Assembly: GCA_054600435.1 (NCBI GenBank)
Contig: BAAIJX010000048.1
Location: 1-64,000 of the forward strand
Length of the DNA stretch: 64,000 nt
Direction of reading: 5' to 3'
Source of the DNA: Neophaeotheca triangularis
Taxonomy: Eukaryota
Shown: positions 35,883 to 47,400 of the stretch, piece after piece
How positions within the stretch are numbered: position 1 is the stretch's first letter
Layout: every line of letters starts with the position of its first letter
The notes under the pieces: model-generated
Told to the model about the DNA's origin: nothing
Database searches by the model: none
Seen by the model: the letters and a program-made list of their open reading frames with translations, nothing else
Program-made: the position numbers and the translations under genes

Positions 35883-36952
35883 CTACTCGTCACCGCCGTC
35901 ATCTCCACCGTCGTCTCCACCGTCATCACCGTCGTCGCAATCGTCGCCTCCAGACAAGGCACTTCCGAGCATCATACCACCGAGCAAACCACCACCGGCA
36001 CCCATGGCAGCAGCTCCACCAGCGCCCATCCCGCCACCACCGCGACGACGAGCCGGCGCTCCATAGCCATAGCCACCGCGCATAGGACCTGCGATAGAAA
36101 GAAGAAGTCAGCAAGATCGCACACGGCCAGAAAGCGCGGGGGGGGAAGTCAACATACCTCCGTATCCCATCTGTTGCGGCGGGTAACCTCCATATCCCAT
36201 TTGCTGCGGCGGGTAGCCTCCCATCTGCTGAGGCGGATATCCTCCCATCTGCTGCTGCGGCGGGTATCCTTGTCCAGGGTACCCGCCGTACCCACCACCG
36301 CCACCGCCGTACATGGGCTGCTGCGGCCTACTCGAGCTTCCACCAAGCTTGCTGGAAATCTTGCCGAGCAGACCCTTCTTGCCACCTTGCTCTCTCGGCG
36401 GCAGATCTTGTCCGTAACCGCCGCCGTATTGCTGGGGTGGTGGGCCGCCTCCGCCCATGCCACGGTCCGCGCCGCCACCATAATCGTTACCGGGCAAGTT
36501 GGTGTTACCACTCGGATGTTGCTGGCGACGCTGCTCCTCTTCCTGCAATTGGCGAGCGTAGCGCTCGTCTTCGGACATGTAGCTGCCGCCGGCGCCGGCG
36601 CCGCCGTTATAGCTTGGGTTCGGCGAGGGCTGGCCGTAGGGGTTGTTGGAGCCGAGGTGGCCGTTTTTTTCGGGCCCGGCGTTGTAGGAGCTTGCGTGGT
36701 CGTAGCCCGGCGGAGCGCCTTCGGGAGCGCCTTCCGGCGGTGGGTAGGCGGGCTGTTCGGGCTTCTCCCATTGCGAGGCTTTGGTTACCGTGTTGACGTA
36801 GAACCATTCGTGGTACTGGTCGTTCCAGATGGCTTTCCAGCCTTCGGGGACTTTGGGGGGTGGAGGGCCCTGGAACGGGGGGTTAGTGGGTTGGAGGGTT
36901 GGTTGAGGTCGTTGGGTTGGTAGCTTACGGTTGGGGGCGCGAAATCGGCCAT
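35883..36952 (-). CDS. WW-domain Gly/Pro/Gln-rich protein (Wwm1-like), 3 exons
   Basis: MADFAPPT, then GPPPPKVPEGWKAIWNDQYHEWFYVNTVTKASQWEKP (WW domain), GGYPPQQ repeats, GAGGGLLGGMMLG and an acidic GGDD tail. The ORF track shows it only in fragments. Confidence 0.85.
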
Positions 36953-37694
36953 TGTTGCGATTTTGGAGGGGTAGATGTGCGCGCTGTCAGGTATTGGTGT
37001 CAGGCGAAGATGGATTGACGGTGCAAGGGTGTTGTAGTAGTGATATGTTGGAGAATGGAGTGAGTAGTAGTGAAGTGTCGTAGGGCTGTAGGGTAAAGCA
37101 GGAGGTTGGCGGGGGGAGGATACTGTACCTTATGGTAAGGTAGGTAAGGTAGAGTTTATAGTCGTCACATCACATGGTGAAAAGCAACGACGTAATGAGG
37201 GGCTGTGTAGTAAGGTAGTGCGTAGTGGTAGTGTGGTGGCGTGGGCGCGGCAGAGCTCGTCCTTGGCTACCAGTACCAGGCCAAGATCGGGTTATTGGAG
37301 TCCGTCAAGGACACCTGGGCATACTCGATACTGTATTTAATATTATTATCTAGTTATCCGCGATTGATTAACTTTACGTTCCTTTTGCCTCTTTCTACCT
37401 AATTCAATTCAATTCGGCCATATGCACGTGGCAGTCAACTTTATCCAAGCACCTTGTAAGAGCCACAAGCCTGGTTGCCTACCTGCCTTACCTCGTACGC
37501 GCACGTTCATGCATAGGTACGTGTGCAACCGAACTTAGCCCTATATATGCACCCCAGGGTGGGCTTCGTCCATCCAGACCCACTGCAGTCGTACAACCTT
37601 AGTTCATATAAACACCTATGAGGAAGAAATCGATTCGACAGGTAGGACACGATATAAACATATACACTCGAGATAACAACAACAATCCCCCACC

Positions 37695-38432
37695 ATGCCC
37701 ATCCGCAAAGCAATCCAAGCGGACCTAACCACATCAAGCCACATTCTAGCCAATGCCTTCTTCGAAGAAGCCATGTTCGGCGCCTTCATCCACCCCAAAC
37801 GCCACGAATTCCCAGAAGACATGCACCTCTACTTCCTCCGCCAAATGCGCGTCAGCCTGGCCAAAAACAACGACCACGACCAATACATCGTGACCTACAA
37901 ACCCAACGCCGACGGGACCGGCGAGGAATGCATCACAGGCGTGGCCCACTGGGTGCGGAAATCGCCCAACCCACCGGAACCCAGTTTGACCGAAACGGCC
38001 GCCGTCAAGGCCGCCGAAGCTTTCAATGCGAGCGAGGAGCTGATGAGACCGAACCGCGCTTTGGAGCCTTCGAGAGCCGATACTCTGGAACGCACCGAGC
38101 CCTTTATCGCTCACAACTGGACGGGAACGAGGGCCGAGGGTTGGTATCTGTCGCTTATAGGCGTCTCGCCGGACCATGAAAAGAAGGGCTATGGTCGCGA
38201 GCTCGTGCAGTATGGGTTCGACCTGTCGAGAAAGGAGGGTGTCGTTTGTAGTGTTATTTCTGCTGAAGGGAGGGAGAGGTTTTATCAGTCTTGCGGGTTC
38301 GATGTTACGCTGGGTAGAGTTGGGGAGCTCGGCGGTGAGGCGAATCCTGCTAGGGACGTTGCTGGGGGGACCATCCATTTTTGGGATAATGGTATTCGGC
38401 CGGAAGGGATTCAGGAGTACAATGGGCCTTGA
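37695..38432 (+). CDS. GNAT-family N-acetyltransferase
   Basis: WYLSLIGVSPDHEKKGYGRELV (acetyl-CoA binding motif A) and GRERFYQSCGF. TATA-like elements near 37542 and 37605. Confidence 0.88.
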   Translation: MPIRKAIQADLTTSSHILANAFFEEAMFGAFIHPKRHEFPEDMHLYFLRQMRVSLAKNNDHDQYIVTYKPNADGTGEECITGVAHWVRKSPNPPEPSLTETAAVKAAEAFNASEELMRPNRALEPSRADTLERTEPFIAHNWTGTRAEGWYLSLIGVSPDHEKKGYGRELVQYGFDLSRKEGVVCSVISAEGRERFYQSCGFDVTLGRVGELGGEANPARDVAGGTIHFWDNGIRPEGIQEYNGP

Positions 38433-38904
38433 AAAAGGTGCTTTGCTACGAGTGTCGCCCAGCGTGCCTATAGAGGTTAGACAGTTGTTGGTACAGAATA
38501 GACTTCCTTGAATGCCAGTGTTGATGAAGTGTTGATCATCATCTGAGACGAGACTGTTGCGGCTAAACCAAAGCCACCATAATCTTCCACGTCCCTCCCG
38601 GGCGCTGCTCGACGCCCACAAAGTTCCACTCTAAGACGCAAACTTATCCTACCTTCAACCTCTAGCCCTGCCTACATTCAGCGACGACGCCAGCTTCGAA
38701 CAATCAACTCGCTCGGGACAGCAAATGCAACACTCACGCATCGTTACAGCCTCTTCTCTCGGCAAAAACTTTCCGTATAGGTAGGTCTACAGTCTATCAT
38801 CGCACGGGTATCAGACAAGCCTGCAATACTCCAACGCCAGATTCCCCCCTCTATCCAACGAAACGCCTTGCCCGGTGTATAAGCAAAGCACCTACCAAAC
38901 CTAT

Positions 38905-40509
38905 TCAATGCTGCTCCTTCATCGCCTTCTTCTCACCATGATGCTCCGTGACCTTCTGCCTCCACCCCGGCCCCCAAACCGTCGTAGCCCACACCGTCAC
39001 CGTCGACGCGACCAAAAACAGCGCCGAAATCGTCGAAAACCAACCAATCCCAATCGCCTCAATAATCGGCAAACAGGCCGCCGACCCCGCAGCAGCAAAA
39101 ATATAGCGACTCAAATAGTTCCCAGCAATAACCTCGCTGCTGCTTCCACTTCCCATAACATCCAGGCAATACGTGTTCAAACTCGGGAAACAGAAGAGTT
39201 GGGCCACGCCCTGCACGAACATGACAATCACCGGCAGCGGTATCCCTCCCACGGCTTGGTCGACCGCCCAGCCGTAGATGAGCATGCACCCCGGGATGAC
39301 GATGCCCATGGACGAGAGACACGACTTCAGCCGGTCTTCGGGCACGCGCTCACCACCGCGCTTGCGGATGTTCTTCTTGACGACGCGGTCCGCCCAGCGG
39401 CCGCCGAAGAAGGTTCCGACTAGATATCCGCAGCCCGGAGCGATGTAGAAGAGACCTGATTGCAGCGGGCTGTCGAGGCCGAAGCGTGGGTTCAGCACGT
39501 ACCGGATGGGTGTGAGGAGACTGTACATATTCCAGACGAGAGCGCCGCTGGCGAGCCCCGCGGTGCAGAGGTTGGGGTATCGGAAGAGTTTGACGACGCG
39601 AGCGGGGTTGGTCCAGGACCAGAATTTCTTGGCTTTGGCGGTTTTGGAGAGGTTTTGGAGTTCGACCTTTTTGGCGTAGTGGATTGTTTCCGGCAGGAAG
39701 AAGGTTACGGCTAGGGTTGCGGTGCCGGCGAGGGCGGTTTGCAGCCAGAAGAGGTCGCGCCAGCTGCGGAAGGTTACGATGATGCCTCCGATGAAGGGGC
39801 CTAGGGCTGGGCCGATTAGGGTTCCGCTCAGAAACCAGCCGAGGGCTGTGGCTCTGTCAACCGGACGGTAAATGTCGCCGATGCAGCTGCTGCCGATGAT
39901 TAGGAAGCTTGTGCCGTTGTAGGCAGTTAGCATTCGGAAGACAAAGTAGCTTGCTAGATTTGGGGCGAGTGCGGTTCCTATGCTGAAAGCCGTGAACAGC
40001 GCCGAGCTGACGGCGAGCGTCCATTTTCGGCCGTATACCTGGCCCAGTGGTCCCCACAGAAGGGGTGATAGGCCCATGAAGATCAGGTAGAGAGCGTTGC
40101 TGACGTTGATGACCGTGCCAGAGGTAGAGTACTCGGCCGCTACTTCTGGGATGGCGGAGAGAACCATTGTACTTCCAACAGGAGCGAGGAAAGAGGAGAA
40201 GGAAAGGATGGCAACGATGACAAGCTTTCGTTTCGGCGAGAAGCGCTCGTAGATTTCGTCGCCCGTCTCGAAGTGCTCATCACGGTCGTGATGCTCGCCC
40301 GCTATGTCGTGGGTTGCCGAGAGATGCGAGCGGGTATGCTGGAGATTTAGACTTGGTCGTTGAGCTTCTACGCCTTCTAGGTCGCTGTGAGGGTGGTGCT
40401 TCTCCTCTGGTCGAGGCTCCATGTCGGATTGGATGACTGGGGCTGCCTCTACTACGGGCTCTTCTACTGCTTCCGTGGGGTGATCCTGGGTGCTTTCGTT
40501 CGGCGCCAT
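38905..40509 (-). CDS. MFS drug:H+ antiporter (DHA1; Dtr1/Qdr-like)
   Basis: 534 aa, about 12 TM segments, WGPLGQVYGRK, IGDIYRPVDRATALG, GPALGPFIGG, LPET and PEDRL. Confidence 0.9.
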   Translation of the reverse strand: MAPNESTQDHPTEAVEEPVVEAAPVIQSDMEPRPEEKHHPHSDLEGVEAQRPSLNLQHTRSHLSATHDIAGEHHDRDEHFETGDEIYERFSPKRKLVIVAILSFSSFLAPVGSTMVLSAIPEVAAEYSTSGTVINVSNALYLIFMGLSPLLWGPLGQVYGRKWTLAVSSALFTAFSIGTALAPNLASYFVFRMLTAYNGTSFLIIGSSCIGDIYRPVDRATALGWFLSGTLIGPALGPFIGGIIVTFRSWRDLFWLQTALAGTATLAVTFFLPETIHYAKKVELQNLSKTAKAKKFWSWTNPARVVKLFRYPNLCTAGLASGALVWNMYSLLTPIRYVLNPRFGLDSPLQSGLFYIAPGCGYLVGTFFGGRWADRVVKKNIRKRGGERVPEDRLKSCLSSMGIVIPGCMLIYGWAVDQAVGGIPLPVIVMFVQGVAQLFCFPSLNTYCLDVMGSGSSSEVIAGNYLSRYIFAAAGSAACLPIIEAIGIGWFSTISALFLVASTVTVWATTVWGPGWRQKVTEHHGEKKAMKEQH

Positions 40510-41156
40510 GTTGGATTAGTGGTTCCAGTGTACGGAGAAAAGGTAAGGGTGTTTATGTATCTGGTCTTGCATACGCCTCCATCTATCTGTTGAGAAGCAG
40601 TATTCTCTCCAATGTTCAGGCTGGTACAGACAGTAATCTTAAATGACAATTTGAAAGCAATTTCGAGTGCGTTGACGAGAGTGGAAAATAATACAAAAGG
40701 GAAGAGGAGTCATTGGAAACCCAAGCGGACATGAACAGTCTTACCTCTACCTGTACGCATCTCGGCCATGGCATATCGGCCTATGATAGACGATTGATAC
40801 TATGTTGGCTTCCGACGTCGGTGCAAAGATTCCGCGTTAGGACGTGAAGAGGTGATTGGAAGTCTTCCGGGATGTTGGGGTTCGCCCAGAGGCCCCTGCA
40901 CGCCACTTCCGGCTGGCTTTTCCGTCTGCCAAGCTCGTGCCTTAGTTCCTATTCCCGGCGGAAATAAAAGTTGCTCACTTTCCCTTTGTATACAATAGAA
41001 TACCGTTCTCACTGGTATGGCATGGCTGCGGTTGTCAGAAAGTACATAGTAGTTGCTCAACAAGACATTACTACATAAACTCTGCTTCAAGCACTACCTA
41101 GCGAATACCGGCAGCCTCGAGCTGCCTTACCAGTCCTGCCTGGCACACTCATTCCC

Positions 41157-42182
41157 CTAGTAATCCCTCATAGGACACCCTTTGCCTTCCGCATTGAGCT
41201 TGTCGTTCACAACCTCCCTAGTCAACTCCATCAACCTCTCGGCCAACTCCATGTCGTTCGCCTTGGGACTGCCCTTCTCGACAATCTTCGGAGGCGTAAT
41301 GTAAAGACCAGAGTCTTCACATACAGTCGACGCGTACATGGTGCTGACACACCCCTGGAACTGATCTTTGCGGAAGGCCTTCAACCCGACCGACATGCCA
41401 TATCCTAGCAGCGGGAAGGGCTCGTGGATGTGCTCGTTCGTCTGCGCAGTGTCCACGATACCCGGGTGCGTGGCGTTGGCGAGTATATTGGGGTGAGAAG
41501 CTGTAAGGTGCTTGGCCAGGTACTTTGCGTATAGCAGGTTGGCGAGCTTGGTGCGACCGTACTGTGCCATCGGGCCGTAATTCTTCTGGAGCTCGTCGAT
41601 CGAGGCAAACGCTGTTTCCTCCGGCGCGTTTTCATGGACATTGGAGGCCAGACACGTGATGCGCACTGTGTTGCCGCTCTCCGCAGTTTTCTTCAACAAG
41701 GGCAGCAGGTGCGAAGTCAGAACGACATGGCCCATGTGGTTAAGTGCCATGTGCTGATCAATCCCGTTAGAGGGCGCGAATTGCTGGGTCATGATCCCGC
41801 GAGCAGCGTTGTTGATGAGGATGTCGAGACGATCAGTGGCTTTGCTGACCTGATCAGCAATCTTCGCCGTTTCTTGCCAGTCCGAGAGGTCGCAAGGTAG
41901 CCAAGTGATTCGGTCCTTGACGTTGGGGCCGAACTCTTCAGAAATCGCCTTCATGGCTTCCTCTGCCTTTTCGAGGCGCAAGCTCAGGATGAACAGCTTG
42001 GAAACGCCATGGCTGAGCAGAGTGTGGGTGCAGCCAAAGCCGATGCCTTCGCTCCCTCCGGTGACAAGGGCTACTTTACCGCTAAGGTCTGGGACTTGAT
42101 CGAGGGAGAATGCCTGGTCGCCGCTCGCTAGGCCATGAGCTGGTCCCAGGTTCTCGGCTAAGGTGGTCTTGATAGTCTCCAT
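41157..42182 (-). CDS. short-chain dehydrogenase/reductase (retinol dehydrogenase/WWOX-like)
   Basis: TGGSEGIG, DILINNAA, catalytic YGRTK and HPGIVDT. Confidence 0.9.
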   Translation of the reverse strand: METIKTTLAENLGPAHGLASGDQAFSLDQVPDLSGKVALVTGGSEGIGFGCTHTLLSHGVSKLFILSLRLEKAEEAMKAISEEFGPNVKDRITWLPCDLSDWQETAKIADQVSKATDRLDILINNAARGIMTQQFAPSNGIDQHMALNHMGHVVLTSHLLPLLKKTAESGNTVRITCLASNVHENAPEETAFASIDELQKNYGPMAQYGRTKLANLLYAKYLAKHLTASHPNILANATHPGIVDTAQTNEHIHEPFPLLGYGMSVGLKAFRKDQFQGCVSTMYASTVCEDSGLYITPPKIVEKGSPKANDMELAERLMELTREVVNDKLNAEGKGCPMRDY

Positions 42183-42848
42183 CCTGACTGACAGTCTACG
42201 TGTGGAGTGGTCGACTGAGATTGCTTATTGCGTTGGTCACTTGAGTTGGTGGTTTCGAAGGTGTGTTACGGCCAATCTGGAACGCTTGAATGACCGGGCA
42301 AATACCTAGCTAGGTTTTGAGGGAAGTGATGCCTTGCATCATCGCCCTTGTCTGGGCCATTGTTCATTGCAGGCGTCATGAACGTCATCATCTGAATCGT
42401 GATTGGTTCCAACCTGCGCAACTGAGAGCTTCATACACGTTCGGGGGACAGACACGAGACTCAATTCGCACCCATAAGCACGGAGCTGGCCTTCCTTTGC
42501 CTACCTCTACTCTTTACGCTACAGAATGTATTCAGCTGTCGAAGACGACAGCGACTCCGCCCTTTCTCGCCATGTTACGTGAGCGCTTAACTATATATGG
42601 AGCAACACGGGCGGGGTCAGCGGTGTCTGCAGCAAGCTTCCGGCGTCACAGCTCCAAGTCTTAACAGGCGAGCGCTCTATTATGAAGTACAATGCGGCGA
42701 GCGATGTGATCAGTCTCTGCTTATCAAGTGTGCGGCTGTCTTTGTTCACCTCTTACTGCTTGTAGATATATATCTCGCCAGATAGGGACTGCACATCGTT
42801 GTTGTTTCATCACCACACTATACCTGCTCGATCAATTGTACGCTTGCA

Positions 42849-44061
42849 ATGGCGTCGGCAACTGACGTCCTGACGCGGAAACCGAACAACATTGCCGTCG
42901 AAACGACACCGGACCATGAACTCAATGTCGTCGACGCAGAAATCCCAGAGCTCAAGCCCAACGAATGCCTCGTGCACGTTAGGGCAACGGGGATTTGCGG
43001 CTCAGATGTGATTCCATCCATCAAACCCAACAGCCGCACGGAACAACCACACTAACAACGAACCCCCCAGGTCCACTTCTGGAAAGAAGGCGCCATAGGC
43101 CGCTCCTTGATAAAACAGCCTCTAGGCCTAGGCCACGAAAGCGCAGGGATAATAGTCAAAACCGGTTCCGCCGTCATCACCCACAGCATCGGCGACCGTG
43201 TAGCCATCGAAGCAGGCATCCCATGCTGCCAACCAACCTGTGAATTCTGCCGTACCGGCCGCTACAATGGCTGTCCAAATGTCATCTTCTACTCCTCGCC
43301 CCCGGTCAATGGGACACTGCGCCGCTACCACGCCCACGACGCCGCGTGGTTGCATAAGCTTCCCAGCGGTATCAGCTACGAAGAAGGCGCGCTGCTGGAA
43401 CCGCTGTCGGTAGCTCTCGCCGGGCTCGAGCGCGCGAATCTCAGGCTCGGCGACCCGCTCGTCATCTGCGGCGCTGGGCCTATTGGTATCGTGACTTTGC
43501 TCGCGGCACACGCTGCGGGAGCTGCGCCGATTGTTATCACGGACCTTGACGAGAATCGGTTGGCTTTTGCGCAGAAGCTGGTGCCGAGGATACGAAGTGT
43601 GAAGGTCGCGAAAGGCGAGGACGCTAAGAAGACGGGTGAGAAGATTGTGGAAGCGATGGGGCAGCCCACTGGGTTGGCGGTCGAGTGTACTGGCGTTGAG
43701 TCCAGTGTTCACAGCGCTATCTATGTGAGTTTCATTGAGGTGGTGCTTTGGGGTTAAGACTTTGCTGACGTTGTGTCGCTGCTAGTCGTGCAAATTCGGC
43801 GCGTTGGTCTTTATCATCGGTGTTGGCAAGGACTTCCAGCAGATCCCATTCATGTACTGCAATGAACGGGAGATTGATATCAAATTCCAGTACCGGTACC
43901 GCGAGACCTACCCCAAGGCGATCACGCTGGTCTCCGAGGGGTTGATCGACTTAAAGCCGTTGGTCACGCATCGTTTCTCGCTGGAGGAGGGCCTCGCGGC
44001 GTTCGAGGCGGCTTCGACACCCGAGGCAAGGGCCGTGAAAGTGCAATTATTAGATGATTAG
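42849..44061 (+). CDS. Zn-dependent polyol dehydrogenase, L-arabinitol 4-dehydrogenase (Lad) family, 3 exons
   Basis: GICGSD-VHFW, GHESAG, structural Zn CCQPTCEFC...C, GAGPIG and FQYRY. Introns 43008-43070 and 43725-43785. Confidence 0.88.
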
Positions 44062-44429
44062 CATAAGCGTCTTGCCAGATGGTGTCGAAGACGGTTGTAG
44101 ATCGAGAACGCTAGGGAGTGACTATATACATCATTCCTCGCTGGTGAACGGCATCGCGGCGTTTGAAGGTTATTTCGACGCCCTGAGCGCGGGCCGTCAA
44201 GACGCAGTCGTTGCATAACCAGCATGGCAGTCTTTGGGGAGGGTATTGGAAAAAACACAGTACCAAGTTCAAGTAAAAGATAGCGAAACACTGTACAGTC
44301 TCCTGACAGGGAGATCTACCTGGGTATCCTACATACAACGCCGTCCCAAAATGCACACAGTCTGTAGCTCGCTCAAAAGACTCAAAAAATCCATGCAATT
44401 GTCTCCAACCTGAACCTCCTAGTAAGCTA

Positions 44430-47400
44430 TTAAGCGTTGATGATCAACATTCTCATGAAGGACGCAAGCTTGTCGAGAACACCTCCCTTCTTCTGCTCCT
44501 CCTTCCTTGCGCTGTTCTCTTCCTCAACATTGTGCTTGGTGATGATGCTCAAGAAGACTTGATCGAGCGTCGCCTGACTGACTGAGTAGTACTCGAGACC
44601 AAGTTTCTCCTTGTTCTCTTCGAGCTTAGCGAAGAGCGCCGAGATACCTGTCTCATTGCCGCTCTGAGATTTCTTCAAAGAACCACTGTCAGTGGTCTCA
44701 CTGTCTTTGAGCTTGAGCGATTCCTTTTCGGACGGCGAATTGGGCTGAGCTTCATTAGGCACGCTGAAGCGCATTTGACCGTGAAAGACGCGATCCTCGA
44801 CTTCGGCGCCAGGGAAAAGCTGTTTGACGGACGTCTTGATGTGTTCCATGTCCTCGGCTGATGAGTGAGGGGCGTCCTTGTGTACAACGTGCACGTCATG
44901 GTGGTTGCCGTGCTTCTTTCGCAATGTGTCTGCTGTTCCCAATGCCAACATGCGGCGGGCCATAATACCGGCCCGGTCAGCCAGGGCGTCGGCTTCCTCC
45001 ATGGAATGAGTGGTGAGTACCAGCGAACGGCCGGAGGAGATGGAGGTGAGCGTTTGCCACATGACACGCTTGGAAGCAGCGTCCATGCCACTGCTTGGTT
45101 CGTCGAGAATCAGGACTGATGGGTTGCCCATCAATGCGATACCGAGGGAAAGCTTGCGCTTGTTGCCACCAGAAAGCTTGGCAGCCATGCGGTCTTTGAA
45201 GTCCATCAAACCCACAGCGTGTAGGATCTGAGTAACATTGTGTTTGACGTCCTTGACTCCTCTGGCACGGGCGTAGAAGGTCAAGTGCTCTGTCGTTGTC
45301 ATTTGGTCCATTGCCTGTATGTTGTTAGTACAGATTCTAGCTTTCAACATCATAAAAGAAAAATTTTGGAAGGAGAGGACGGACATCAAATTGGGGACAG
45401 ACCCCTAGGTTCCCACGAGCTCGAGCCCGATCGGAAACAATAGAGACCTGTTCGATGAGAACATCACTATTGTTCTCGCTCGGCCTAGAATCGCCCCTTA
45501 TCAGCGCGATGGACGTACTCTTGCCGGCACCGTTGGGGCCCAGTAGAGCAAAGGTCTCCCCCTTGGGAACACCGAAGGTGATGTTGTCTACGGCTACGTT
45601 AGAGCCAAATGCCTTGGTAGCGTGTAACACCCGAAGTTCGTCATTGGATTTTTCAGTACGCGTAACTTCGGCATGCACTTCTCGATCGACCTCCTCGGTC
45701 TCCTCGGCCTCTGCCGCTTTGTGCTTCCGACGATTCAGAAAGACAGGCTTGTAGCCGCTGTCATACCAGATGAGCCAGACTAGGAAGATTGCGGACTGCA
45801 GGATCAGGTATAGGATCGGCTGGCCGTAAACGCTGAAGTCGCCGGGGTAAGAAGCGACCTCTTCATTTCGACAAAGCACGCCAAATAGATTGAAAGTTAG
45901 GAGGAGTGCTCGTAGAAGGTTGGCGGCCGGGAAGATGAGGCATATGCTGTAAGTGGCCGCATAGATATTCGAATCAATTTGCGAGGCCTCGGAGTATCTG
46001 TGACGGTGTTAGCAAAAGGCCTGTGTGAAGTCTGCCGTCTGTGTACTCACGTCACAATGCACATAAAGGAGATGAAATAGAGGAGGAACATAGAACACTG
46101 GCCGCCAGCTGCGATAGCAAAGGTGGCAAGCTGGCTTCCCGTGTACAAGCTGACGACGTAGCTCAGGAGTGTCGCGCTGAGGCCGAACAGGAATAGTACG
46201 ACGAAAAGATAGCCAGGGGCGTAGAAGGCGCTTGAGACAGATGTGAAAATAATGATCGAAATGGCGCTGACGAGCAACACAATTAGGAAATCGAAGATGG
46301 TATAAGCCAGCCAGAGAGGTCCAGCGCGCACACCGTTGCTATAGTGCAACGCGCGGACATTCCGTAGTCGTTCGATGTTGACGTAGAGGGCGAAGAGGCC
46401 TGGGAATGCCGAGGTCGCCAAGCCGAAGTACAGGATCATCTGCAATGTGTCACCCGCACCACCGCCGAACGGCGTGTCAAAGGCTTGGAAGGAAGTTGCA
46501 ATTGGCAATCCGGTGAGACTGACGTCCATTAGGTTCTGCGCAGCGACTGGGAAGTAGGGCTCGTAGTTGCCTTGCCAGGCAAGAAGAGGTTCGGCGCCGG
46601 CCCAGAACCCTCCAGGGGTCACCGAGCGATAGTTGTTTCGTACGTAATCCCGTAGAGCTTGAACAGAGGAGACTGTCGAAATGGTCTCGCTCAGCCCGGG
46701 AACAATGTTGCCAAGTAACTGCTGTGGTAGGCTGTCTTCGGGTCCCGCGGGTATTCGCGAATCTCCAAGCTCGCTTCCCAGTGACTGTATGTCCTGGTTC
46801 GATTCAGCGTCTTGATTTGAGCATTGGAGCCCGCTGAAACCTTCGAGAAAGAAAGTGACCAATCCAGCCGCGATGATGGGGATCAACAGTGCTGCCAGGT
46901 AGGGCAAGGAGTTGCGCCGTAAAATTGTCACGCGCTTGCGGAAGAGAACCCAGGTCTGGCCTAAGAAGGTGGTACTCGTGCCTGACATCAATTTAAGGTC
47001 CTTGTCCTGGGTCGCTGGAGGTATTGCATCATCGTCTCCCGAAGAAGTCGAGGGGGTCTTCGCCGGCCGTTGTTCGACTTTGCCACGCTCAAGTTCCTCC
47101 TTGACTTCATCCGCGAGTCTCAAGAAAACATCCTCGATTTGTGGCCCGTTGACAACATAGTCTGTAACAGAGCGACTCTCAAGCTCAGCGATGAACCGGG
47201 CCGCGGCAGCGGAATCAGGTAGACGGAAGACGGTCTGGTCTCTGTAGATCTGTTTGTCGTACGCCTCCATCTCCTCCGAGAGGGGCTTGTAATTTTCGTG
47301 ATAGATTCGCACCCGGTAGCCACCGCCAAGCTTGTGTTTGAGCTCGACCGCTGACCCGTGGGCCACCAATTTCCCCTTTGACAGGATAGTAATGTCATCC

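Noticed and set aside
35868..36923. 351 aa plus-strand ORF (and similar long antisense ORFs at 14394, 29954, 37746 and 50295)
   Set aside because: Antisense shadows of real genes on the opposite strand.
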